Below, piece after piece: positions 49,962-58,572 of a DNA stretch of 64,000 nt. Source of the DNA: an uncultured Actinomycetes bacterium. GTDB taxonomy: Bacteria > Actinomycetota > Thermoleophilia > RBG-16-64-13. The stretch lies in NCBI GenBank assembly GCA_963706025.1, contig CAVPLM010000020.1, forward strand, positions 1 through 64,000. The letters run 5' to 3'. The position numbers were made by a program, and so were the translations under genes. Within the stretch, counting starts at the first letter, position 1; every line of letters begins with the position of its first letter. The notes under the pieces were generated by a model that saw only the letters and a program-made list of their open reading frames with translations, made no database searches and was not told the DNA's origin.

Positions 49962-50960
49962 CTAGAACCCCAGAGCCCGGGCGTTCGCCTCGTACAACGC
50001 GCTCTTCTCGTCGTCGGCCAAGGGCAAGCTCCTGAGGAAGTCCATGCAGTCGCTCATATCCTCGTACGGGAAGTCGGTGCCCACGAGGATCCTGTCCATC
50101 CCCAAGCCATCCCGCGTACAGACAAAGGCCGCCGGCAGATAGTTGCCGCTCGTGGTGACCCAGAGATTCTTCTTCACGTAGTGGCTGGCCCACTCCTTGC
50201 TCCCGGGACCGATCTCGGGATTGGGAATGGAGTGCTTCTGCATGTAGGCCCGGTCGACTCGGTCCACGAGGAAGGGCATCGCCTCACCGTAGTGACCCAT
50301 GATGATCTTGAGATCGGGGAACTCGTCGAACACTCCGCGGACGATCATGCGCATGAACGCGTACATCACCTCGACGCCGAAGCCGAAGGTGGGACCGCCG
50401 AGCACCATCCCGAACGAGCGCAACTCGGGGATCATCGGTACGGCCGGATGGAGATAGATGGGGACGTCCAATTCCTGAGCCTTGGCCAAGAGAGGCCAGT
50501 ACTTCTGCTCGTCGATGCAGGAGTCGCCGTAGTTGGAATGCGTGTTCCAGCCCGAGAACCCCAGTTCCTTGACGCAGCGCTCCAGTTCCTGGGCCGACCA
50601 TTCGGGGTCTTTGGGGGCTAGGGAAGCGAAGCCGCCGAACCGGTCCGGGTACTTCTTCGTCACCTCGGCGAGGATGTCGTTCGACTCCCGGGCCACTTTC
50701 TTGCCCACCTCGACTTCGAACTGCTCCGCTCCCGGCGAAGTGACCGACAGAACGGCGTAGTCGACTCCGGCGGCGTCCATGAGCCTGATGCGCCCCTCGC
50801 CCAGGTCGCGCAACTTGGGCTCGACCGCCATGGGCATCCATGCATCAGGGGCAAAGCCAAGGCCCTTCTTCTCGTCCAGGGTGGGATAGCCCTTGTTGTT
50901 GCGCAGTGCTTCCACCCAAATGTCGGTGATGAAGTGGTTCTCGAGATCGATGGTCTTCAC
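49962..50960 (-). CDS. amidohydrolase-2 family non-oxidative aromatic-acid decarboxylase homolog (gamma-resorcylate/LigW class)
   Basis: IDLENHF, RIRLMD..G, YLHP, GHYGEAMPF...R.D, TTSGN, GTDFPYE; RBS AAAGGAG. Confidence 0.88.
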   Translation of the reverse strand: MKTIDLENHFITDIWVEALRNNKGYPTLDEKKGLGFAPDAWMPMAVEPKLRDLGEGRIRLMDAAGVDYAVLSVTSPGAEQFEVEVGKKVARESNDILAEVTKKYPDRFGGFASLAPKDPEWSAQELERCVKELGFSGWNTHSNYGDSCIDEQKYWPLLAKAQELDVPIYLHPAVPMIPELRSFGMVLGGPTFGFGVEVMYAFMRMIVRGVFDEFPDLKIIMGHYGEAMPFLVDRVDRAYMQKHSIPNPEIGPGSKEWASHYVKKNLWVTTSGNYLPAAFVCTRDGLGMDRILVGTDFPYEDMSDCMDFLRSLPLADDEKSALYEANARALGF

Positions 50961-50995
50961 GTGGGAGACTCCTTTCGATGACTTACTCGTTCAAG

Positions 50996-51721
50996 CTACG
51001 GCAGGTACTGCTCAGCGATGCTCACTACCTTGCCACCGTCCCGTTCTATCCACCAGGGCACCAAGTGCAGATGTTCAGCGCCGGCCGGCGGCGAGTCGCC
51101 CCAGAAGCTCATGAACTCGGCCCACGTAACAGGCTGAGGCTCGTCCGGACCGCTCCCTCCGAAAGTGACAGTGGTGATCGGAGCCGAGGACGCCACCGTG
51201 AACTCCCGCAACTGGGTATTGATGTTGCGGATGTAGTAGTCGTTGGGCAGGTCTTCGCCCGGCGCTATTTCGCCGGCCTCGATGGCCGCCGCTACGGCCT
51301 CGTCTCCGGTGAGCATCTCGGCGTAGTCGATGCTTATGTAGCGGACGCCCCCCGACTCCCACGCCTCGTCGATGAAGCCCATGGCCCGGATATTGCCGCT
51401 CGGCAGAAGGGTTTCGGCACTGGAAAGGGCTTCTGTGGTGGTGGTACTGGAAGAGGTAGTAGTGTCCGGGCGATCAGGCGGGGAGGGAATCGTGGAGGTG
51501 GCCGAGCCAGAGGTGCTCCCCGAGGTCGACGTAGTGCTGGCGACCGTTATGCTGGTGGCTACAGTGACAGTTGTGGACGTCTCCTCGTCGGAGCCACAGC
51601 CGATCACCCCCGAGAGGGCTACCACAAATACGACCGCAGCAGCCAGTGCCATGACGGTCACCGCCCGCGGCATCCGTCGGCGCCGCCACCTCCCAACGCC
51701 GTACTCAAGCTTCTGCCTCAT
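50996..51721 (-). CDS. hypothetical lipoprotein with Ser/Thr-rich stalk
   Basis: Lipobox VIGC, Thr/Ser linker, IDYAEMLTGDEA..AA...NDYYIRN...EQYLP. Confidence 0.75.
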   Translation of the reverse strand: MRQKLEYGVGRWRRRRMPRAVTVMALAAAVVFVVALSGVIGCGSDEETSTTVTVATSITVASTTSTSGSTSGSATSTIPSPPDRPDTTTSSSTTTTEALSSAETLLPSGNIRAMGFIDEAWESGGVRYISIDYAEMLTGDEAVAAAIEAGEIAPGEDLPNDYYIRNINTQLREFTVASSAPITTVTFGGSGPDEPQPVTWAEFMSFWGDSPPAGAEHLHLVPWWIERDGGKVVSIAEQYLP

Positions 51722-52206
51722 GATCCCTCCCTCCTGGCCGAACGTCTTTCCCTGCTCGGATCGCTTCGCTGATGAACGACACGGTATCAGAGCTTGCCTC
51801 CGCGCATCCTGGTCGCCGATGCGAAGGCGTCAGTCGCGGCCATCTTACACCGGACTCCCGACCCGCCATTCTCGTTCCGTCTGCCGAGCCAATCTCCATC
51901 AGTGGACGCGGTAGACTAATATTAGGGGAAGAAACCGATCAACACCGATGGGAAAGCCTCTGGTCCGGGATTGTCGACGCACGGTACGGCTATCTTGTGG
52001 GAGAGCGGAGGCCAATCAAGGAGTCGAACCGGATCCTAGATGTCGCCCGTCGTGACCATCGCTGCAGTCGCTTCCTCGCTTCCGGGAACGAGCAAGCCGG
52101 CAACGATGAGCATCGACTTCGACGAGAGCACGGGCTTGAAGACTACCGTCCTCCAGACCCGTGAGTACCCGGCCCCGTGGGATAGCAGGCAGAAGGAGGT
52201 TCAGAG

Positions 52207-53010
52207 GTGAACCCGACCAGAGTCGCCCTTCTGGACGGAGGGTCGCTGGCCATCGATGGCCACAAGATCTATTGGAACCGGGGGCCGGCCGGCGACATAC
52301 GCTTCCCGGTCTACACGGCCCTTGTCGAGCACAACGACGGCCTGTTCCTGTACGACGCCGGATTCGGCCTGGAGCACATGCAGCAGTTCGTGCCCCAGGA
52401 CCATCCTATCCAATCGGCCGAACAGACGCTCCCGGCCCAGCTCGCCAAGGTGGGCTACAAGCCTGAAGACGTGACCCACCTTGTCCTGTCTCACCTGCAC
52501 ATCGACCATTGCGGAGAGGCGAACCTCTTCCCGCGAGCCACGGTGGTCTGTCACCAGATGGAGTACGAGCAGGCTCAGCATCCCGAGCTGTTCGAACGGG
52601 GCAGCTATGGAGCGGTCAGGTACTTCGCCCCCTGGCTGGTGAGAGACTGGCAGGAACTCCCTCCAGAGGTGGACACCGAGTTCTTGCCCGAGTTCCAGCT
52701 TCTGAGAGGCGACGTGGAGTTCGCCCCCGGCGTGTGGCTCTACGAGACCTTGGGCCATTCCGCCGGCCACTACAGCATGCTGGTCGAGCTCGCCGGGCGG
52801 CGACCGATGCTCTTCACCGGCGATGCGGCCATGACCCCCAAGAATCTGGAGATGATGGTGGTCGGCGGCTTCCATCTCGACCCGGTGGCAGGCACTCGCT
52901 CGCTCCAGCGCTTGAAGGACCTGGCTGCCGAGCACGATGCCGAGCTGTTCTTCTCACACAGCATGCCCGAGTTCGAAAGCTGGAGGAAGGCGCCGGAATG
53001 GTACGAATAG
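52207..53010 (+). CDS. metallo-beta-lactamase-fold lactonase, 4-pyridoxolactonase-like (AHL-lactonase family)
   Basis: SHLHIDHCG, GHSAGHYS, TGDAA. The segments LLDGGSL.IDG...WNRGP.G.IRFPVY and FHLDPVAG..S...K.LA..H.AEL..SH match my recollection of Mesorhizobium 4-pyridoxolactonase. Confidence 0.8.
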   Translation: MNPTRVALLDGGSLAIDGHKIYWNRGPAGDIRFPVYTALVEHNDGLFLYDAGFGLEHMQQFVPQDHPIQSAEQTLPAQLAKVGYKPEDVTHLVLSHLHIDHCGEANLFPRATVVCHQMEYEQAQHPELFERGSYGAVRYFAPWLVRDWQELPPEVDTEFLPEFQLLRGDVEFAPGVWLYETLGHSAGHYSMLVELAGRRPMLFTGDAAMTPKNLEMMVVGGFHLDPVAGTRSLQRLKDLAAEHDAELFFSHSMPEFESWRKAPEWYE

Positions 53011-53181
53011 GCCGATGCCCACCTGTATTGGGAGGACAGACGCCGAACTCCTGCACGGTGCGGATAGAACGATGGGATCGGACCGTGTAACGCTGTAGAA
53101 TGCTGCTAGACCTCAAGAGAGGAGGGGGCAGACGAGTAGACAGGGTAGAGGAGAACGGACCAAGCAAAGAAGAAGGGGGAT

Positions 53182-54616
53182 ATGATGCTCGAGAAAGAGG
53201 ATAAGACCTACAGTCGCCGCGACTTCCTGAAGATCGCCGGCGTTGCCGGGGCGGCCGTGGGCATGGGCGCCGGCCTGGGCGGCGTGCTGGCGGCCTGCGG
53301 CGAGGAAGAAGAGACCACCACCACGGCCGCGCCCGAGACCACCACCACAGCCGGGCCCACCACCACCGCAGCAGAGAGCACCACCACCGTGAGCGCCGGC
53401 CCCGAGGAGGGCCGGGCCATCAAGCTCGGATTGGTGTCGCCGCAGACCGGGAACTTCGCCGTCTTCGCCATCGCCGACGAGTGGTGGCTGGCCCACACCG
53501 AGGCGGCCCTCAAAGACGGGATCCTCACCGGCGACGGCAAGAAGCGCATGGTCGAGATCATCGTCAAAGACAGCCAATCCGACTCGAACCGGGCCGCGAC
53601 TGTGGCGGCCGACCTGGTGCAGATAGACAACGTCGACATGCTGCTCGCCTCGGGCACCCCGGACACCTGCAACCCGGTCGCCGACCAGGGCGAGGCCCTC
53701 GGATGCCCGGTGCTGATGAGTTTCAGCCCCGTGGCAGGCCCTCTATCATCCGCCAAGGCGAGCCGGTTGAGTTCAAGTGGGCCTGGGGCAACATGCTGGG
53801 CTCGGAACAGACCATCGCCTCCTTCACCGACGCCTTCGAGACCAGCGGCGTCCAGACCAACAAGAAGGTGGGGATGCTCTTCCAGAACGACGCCGACTAC
53901 CAGGGCTGGATGGACCCCTCGGCCGCGCCCAAGGTGTTCGCCGAGAAGGGCTACACCCTGGTGGTGCCCGAGCCCTACTCGGTCCCGGCCGAAGACTTCA
54001 CCCAGCAGATCTCCATGTTCAAGAACGAGGGCTGCGAGATCATCTGCGGCACCAACGACCCGCCCTGGTTCTCCAACTTCCTCACCCAGAGCCTGCAACA
54101 GGGCTTCCAGCCCAAGTTCATCAGCTCCGGCAAGGCCCTCATCTTCCCCCAGGCGGTCCTCAGCTATCCCAACCAGGGTCTGGGCCTGATCGGCGAGGCC
54201 GCCTGGCATCCCGAGCTGGAAGATTAAAGACACACTCTCCGACCTCGATTCCGAAAGCCTGGCCGCCGACTACGAGGCCAAGACGGGCGAGCAGTGGACG
54301 GCGGCCATCGGCTGCTACGGCAAGGTGGAATGGGCCATCGACGTGTACAAGCGGGCCGCGAACCCCGAGGACAAAGAATCGGTGGTCGAGGCCATCAAGA
54401 CCACCAAAGGGACGTTCCAGCAGGGCTACATCGACTACACCGAGCCGGTCGACCCCAACGGCGTTCCATCCCCATCCCAATGTCTACAAGCCCTTCATCG
54501 GCGCCCAGCAGTGGATAAAGGGCACCAAGAATCCCGTGGAGGCCGTGGTGGTCAGCAATGCCACCGCCCCGGGAACCACGGTGCAGGCCAAGGCTACGCC
54601 GATGGTCTATTCGTAG
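53182..54616 (+). CDS. Tat-exported lipoprotein, branched-chain-type (LivJ-like) ABC substrate-binding protein; frameshifts near 53735, 54222 and 54458
   Basis: SRRDFLK twin-Arg motif, lipobox LAAC, Thr-rich linker, IKLGLVSPQTG, DSQSDSNRA, NDAD, DFTQQISMFK, KALIFP across three or four frames. Confidence 0.8.
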
Positions 54617-54639
54617 ATCCTCCGGTCAAGCAGTGAGCC

Positions 54640-54721
54640 CGCCGCCCGGGCCGCCCGGGCGGCGACTGGAACGGAAGTGAGGGGGCCGGCGGTCGCCGCG
54701 ACAGCGCGGACCGCCGGCCCC
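54640..54721. repeat. two adjacent intercistronic stem-loops
   Basis: 11-bp stem 54640-54650 / 54654-54664 and 13-bp stem 54682-54694 / 54709-54721. Confidence 0.75.
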
Positions 54722-54763
54722 GCCTGTTGTCGGCAAACGTAGACCGAACTCAGGAGGTCGCCC

Positions 54764-56506
54764 GTGTATTCGAAGACGCTCAAGCCGGAGATCATGTCCA
54801 CCATGCTCCCCAAGGACTTCCCGGCCGACGAGCTGAGCAAGCCTGAGTACAAGATGGTCGTCGAGAGAGACATCATGGTCACCATGCGCGACGGCGTGCA
54901 GGTGGCGGTGAACATCTACCGGCCCGACGCGGCCGGCCCCTTCCCCGCCCTCCTGGCGGCGGATTCCTATCAGAAGGATCTGGACGATCTGCCCCTGCTC
55001 CCCATCTTCCACATGCGGGAGACCAACGACATCGAGTACTTCGTGTCCCGCGGCTACATCTTCGTCCATTCGGACTCCCGCGGCACCGGCCACTCCCCCA
55101 TCGGGCAGTTCGACCTCTTCGGCCGGGAGATGCAGAACGACCTCTACGACCTGGTGGAGTGGATCGCCGCCCAGTCCTGGTGTACCGGCAAGGTGGGCAT
55201 GTTGGGCGAGTCGCTGCTCGCCTGGTCGCAGTGGTTCGCGGCCGTCCAGCAGCCGCCCCACCTCACCTGCATCCTCCCCTGGGACGCGGGCGCCGACCTG
55301 TACCGGGATGTGGCCTGGCACGGGGGCATGATGGCCGTGGGGTTCCCCACCGCCTGGCACATGTGGGAGATCCGGGGCCACTACCGGCTGGGATGGGCGG
55401 CCCGCGACCCGGGCTTCGTGCCTCCCAACCCCGAGATGGGCAAGTGGGACATGGTCTGGAACGTGATCAACCATCCCACCTACGACGACTTCTGGAAGCT
55501 CCGCAACCCCGACTTCTCCAAGATCCAGTGCCCGGTATTCGTGGTGGGCGCCCTGCACAAGGTGGGGCTCCACCTGCGCGGGGTGGTCCGCGGCTACGAG
55601 GAGTTGAAGACGCCAAAGAAGATGATGCTCGTCCACGGCGTCCTCGACGGCGACGAGATGGCCATCTTCAACTCGCCGGAGATGCAGCTCCTCATGCTGC
55701 GCTGGTACGACCATTGGCTCAAGGGCAATGACACCGGCTTCATGGAAGAGCCGCCGGTGACCATCTTCGTGCGGGGCGCCGACGTGTACCGGCCGGAGAG
55801 GCGAGTGGCCGCTGGCCCGCACCGAGTATCGCAAGCTCTATCTGCACCCGGGCCCCAGCGGCGCCGTGGAGTCGCTGAACGACGGGCGGCTCTCCTGGGA
55901 TCCGCCGACGAGGCTGAAAGCTCCTTCACCTATTCCTATCCCGACCAGGACTGGACCCACTTCTCGGGCGGCGGCACCGCCGTCATCGAGGAGAACGGGG
56001 TGGTCTACGGGCAGCGGCGCATACCCACCTTCACCAGCGCCCCGCTGGAAGAGGACCTGGAGGTCTCGGGCAGCATCGTGCTGGTGCTGTACGCTTCGAC
56101 CGACCAGAAGAACACCGACTTTTTCTGCCGCCTCGTGGACCAGTTCCCCGACTCCGAGCAGATTCCGGGGCTGCCGCCCGCGGGCAGGATCCTCACCCGG
56201 GGTTGGCTGAAGGCCTCCCACGCCTGCACGAAGAGCGAGGAGCTCTCCAAGCCCTATCGACCCTACTACATGCACGACGATCCCAAGCCCATCGAACCGG
56301 GCAAGATCTACAAGTACGAGATAGAGATCTGGCCGACCTGCAACGTGTTCAAGAAGGGGCACCGCATCCGCATCGACGTGGCCTGCGGCGACTCGCCGGC
56401 GCTGGACTTCGGCGGCCACTACTACGGCATCAAGGTGGGCACCGACACCTACTACCACGACAAGGACCATCCGTCCCACGTCATCCTGCCGGTGATCCCC
56501 GCGTAG
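54764..56506 (+). CDS. CocE/NonD-family hydrolase, copy 1 (compensating frameshifts near 55797 and 55905)
   Basis: MRDGV...IYRP, DSRGTGHS.G, WCTGKVGMLGES, RWYDHWLKG, TRGWLKASH, FKKGHRIR, SHVILP. Confidence 0.9.
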   Translation: MYSKTLKPEIMSTMLPKDFPADELSKPEYKMVVERDIMVTMRDGVQVAVNIYRPDAAGPFPALLAADSYQKDLDDLPLLPIFHMRETNDIEYFVSRGYIFVHSDSRGTGHSPIGQFDLFGREMQNDLYDLVEWIAAQSWCTGKVGMLGESLLAWSQWFAAVQQPPHLTCILPWDAGADLYRDVAWHGGMMAVGFPTAWHMWEIRGHYRLGWAARDPGFVPPNPEMGKWDMVWNVINHPTYDDFWKLRNPDFSKIQCPVFVVGALHKVGLHLRGVVRGYEELKTPKKMMLVHGVLDGDEMAIFNSPEMQLLMLRWYDHWLKGNDTGFMEEPPVTIFVRGADVYRPERRVAAGPHRVSQALSAPGPQRRRGVAERRAALLGSADEAESSFTYSYPDQDWTHFSGGGTAVIEENGVVYGQRRIPTFTSAPLEEDLEVSGSIVLVLYASTDQKNTDFFCRLVDQFPDSEQIPGLPPAGRILTRGWLKASHACTKSEELSKPYRPYYMHDDPKPIEPGKIYKYEIEIWPTCNVFKKGHRIRIDVACGDSPALDFGGHYYGIKVGTDTYYHDKDHPSHVILPVIPA

Positions 56507-56582
56507 CGCCTCACGGGGCGAGCGCGGCGCAGCCCCTATGAGCTAGGATGCAAGCAGCGACCGTAGGTAGTCGCGATACTGA

Positions 56583-57281
56583 ATGGAAGGAGCTACGACG
56601 GACGCTGACTGGGAGGCGGGAAAGGGAGCAAGACCAGTCCTGGTGCCACTGCCCGACCCAGGACCGGGCAAGGCCGGCCGGTTGAGAGCCGCCGAGCGCA
56701 AGAGGCAGATCGTCGAAGTGACCATGGGCGTCGTGGCCAAGTACGGCGTCCAGGGAACCACCACTTCCCGGATCGCCGCGGCGGCGGGGGTGTCCGAGGC
56801 CACCTTGTACCGGCATTTCTCCAGCCGGACCGATATGTTGCTGGCCGCGCTCGATCTGGTGTACGAGCGCGTGTTCAAAGTGATCAACGCCGCCGACCAA
56901 GAGAACGCGCTCGACCGCCTGCGGGCGATCGGGAGATTGCATTCCGTCGTGGTCTCCTCAGAGATAGAGGGCTACGTCTATCCCCTGTTCGAGTTCGTGG
57001 CTGCGCCGCCCGAGGTCGGGCTCCGAGACGCTCTGGCCGAGAGGGAACGCTCGTCCATCCATGCCCTCGCGGCCATACTGGAGGAGGGGAAAGCCCAGGG
57101 CGTAGTGCGACCGGAGACCGACACGGACCAGTTGGCCTGGGAACTCGTGGGCGTCTACTGGGCCCAGGACATCTCCTATCTCATGGGGCTCAGCGAATAC
57201 GTCACCGCCGACCGGGCCCAGCGCATGCTGGAGCGCCTCCTGGAGAGCATCTCGGTGACCACCCGACCCGCGCCGGCTTGA
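56583..57281 (+). CDS. TetR/AcrR-family transcriptional regulator
   Basis: RKRQIV...GTTTSRIAAAAGVSEATLYRHFSSR. Confidence 0.93.
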   Translation: MEGATTDADWEAGKGARPVLVPLPDPGPGKAGRLRAAERKRQIVEVTMGVVAKYGVQGTTTSRIAAAAGVSEATLYRHFSSRTDMLLAALDLVYERVFKVINAADQENALDRLRAIGRLHSVVVSSEIEGYVYPLFEFVAAPPEVGLRDALAERERSSIHALAAILEEGKAQGVVRPETDTDQLAWELVGVYWAQDISYLMGLSEYVTADRAQRMLERLLESISVTTRPAPA

Positions 57282-57326
57282 CAACACGGGGAGGCCCGGT
57301 ATTGTAGCCGCAGTGAGCGCTTACTG
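57278..57326 (+). promoter_or_regulatory. promoter TTGACA-16-TATTGT followed by the palindrome CAGTGAGCGCTTACTG (candidate TetR operator)
   Basis: TTGACA 57278-57283, TATTGT 57300-57305, near-perfect 16-bp palindrome 57311-57326 at the expected +1. Confidence 0.6.
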
Positions 57327-57478
57327 ATATCAGCCGCGCAGGCTGAAGCCGGGAGCGCGCATCCCCTTTCTGGACCCGCGGGCCAAGACCGGTGTGAACG
57401 GCCCGCGGGTCCGCAAGATGAACCTTGTCAAGGCAGTTGATGCCAAAGCAGTCAACGGGAACACGGGGGAGCCACACC

Positions 57479-58504
57479 TTGAAGAAGATCGACACCGAGA
57501 ACCACTTCGCCACAGAAGCCTATGTGGACGCCTTGTACAAGAACCCGGGCTATCCCCGCTTCGTAGACGACGAGGAGACCGGAGAGCGCCACGTGTACCA
57601 CTCGGCCGACTACTGGCAGCCGTTCGGTGACGCGTTGGTCGACCGGCTCCTCGATCTCGACGACATGCGCCTCCAGGCGATGGACGCAATAGGCATAGAC
57701 GTGGCGGTGCTCTCACACACCGCGCCCGCGCTGGAGCAGTTGGAGCCCAAAGTGGCAACTGCCCTGGCCAGGGACGCGAACGACCGGCTGGCCGAGGCCA
57801 TCGACCGCCACCCAGACCGGTATCTCGGATTCGCCACCCTAGGTCCCAGGGAGCCTGACGAGGCGGTCAAGGAATTGGAGCGGGCTGTCAAGGACCTGGA
57901 CTTCAAAGGTTGGAACACCCACTCCAACTTCGGCGACTCCTATTTGGACGACAAGCGCTATTGGCCCATCCTGGCCAAAGCCGAGGAATTGGGTGTGCCG
58001 GTCTACCTGCACCCGACGTTCCCCATCATCCGTCAGTTGACAGAGTACGGGCTGGCCCTGGCCGGTCCCGGTTTTGGTTTCGGCATCGAGACCTCCACGG
58101 TTATGATGCGACTCATTCTGAGCGGGTTATTCGACGCCTGTCCCAGATTGACGATCATTCTCGGCCACTACGGCGAAGCCCTCCCCTTCTTGCTCAAGCG
58201 GGTGGACCGCTCGTTCCTCCAGTACCACGTGCCCAAGGGGTCCGGCTCCATGCCGGCCATCGACAAGCGACCCAGCGAATATTTGCTTGGAAACATGTAC
58301 GCCACCACCAGCGGCAACTTCCTGGCGGCCGCTTTCGAGTGCACCCGCGCAACTCTGGGGGTCGAAAGGATCATGCTGGGGACCGACTACCCCTACGAGA
58401 CCACTCAGGAAAGCGGGGCGTTCCTCGACGGGCTGGGCCTGTCCGAGGGCGAACAGAGCAAGATCTACGAGGAGAACCCGGCCAGATTGGGGTTCACGTT
58501 GTGA
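57479..58504 (+). CDS. amidohydrolase-2 family decarboxylase homolog, paralog of 49962..50960
   Basis: KIDTENHF, GWNTHSN, YLHP, GHYGEALPF, TTSGN, GTDYPYE; TTG start after GGGGGAG. Confidence 0.88.
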   Translation: MKKIDTENHFATEAYVDALYKNPGYPRFVDDEETGERHVYHSADYWQPFGDALVDRLLDLDDMRLQAMDAIGIDVAVLSHTAPALEQLEPKVATALARDANDRLAEAIDRHPDRYLGFATLGPREPDEAVKELERAVKDLDFKGWNTHSNFGDSYLDDKRYWPILAKAEELGVPVYLHPTFPIIRQLTEYGLALAGPGFGFGIETSTVMMRLILSGLFDACPRLTIILGHYGEALPFLLKRVDRSFLQYHVPKGSGSMPAIDKRPSEYLLGNMYATTSGNFLAAAFECTRATLGVERIMLGTDYPYETTQESGAFLDGLGLSEGEQSKIYEENPARLGFTL

Positions 58505-58572
58505 GCTGGAGACCACGGGCCTAGGGGCCGGGTGCCCCTGGGATCCGTTGCCGAAGCACAAGGAGGTAGCAG

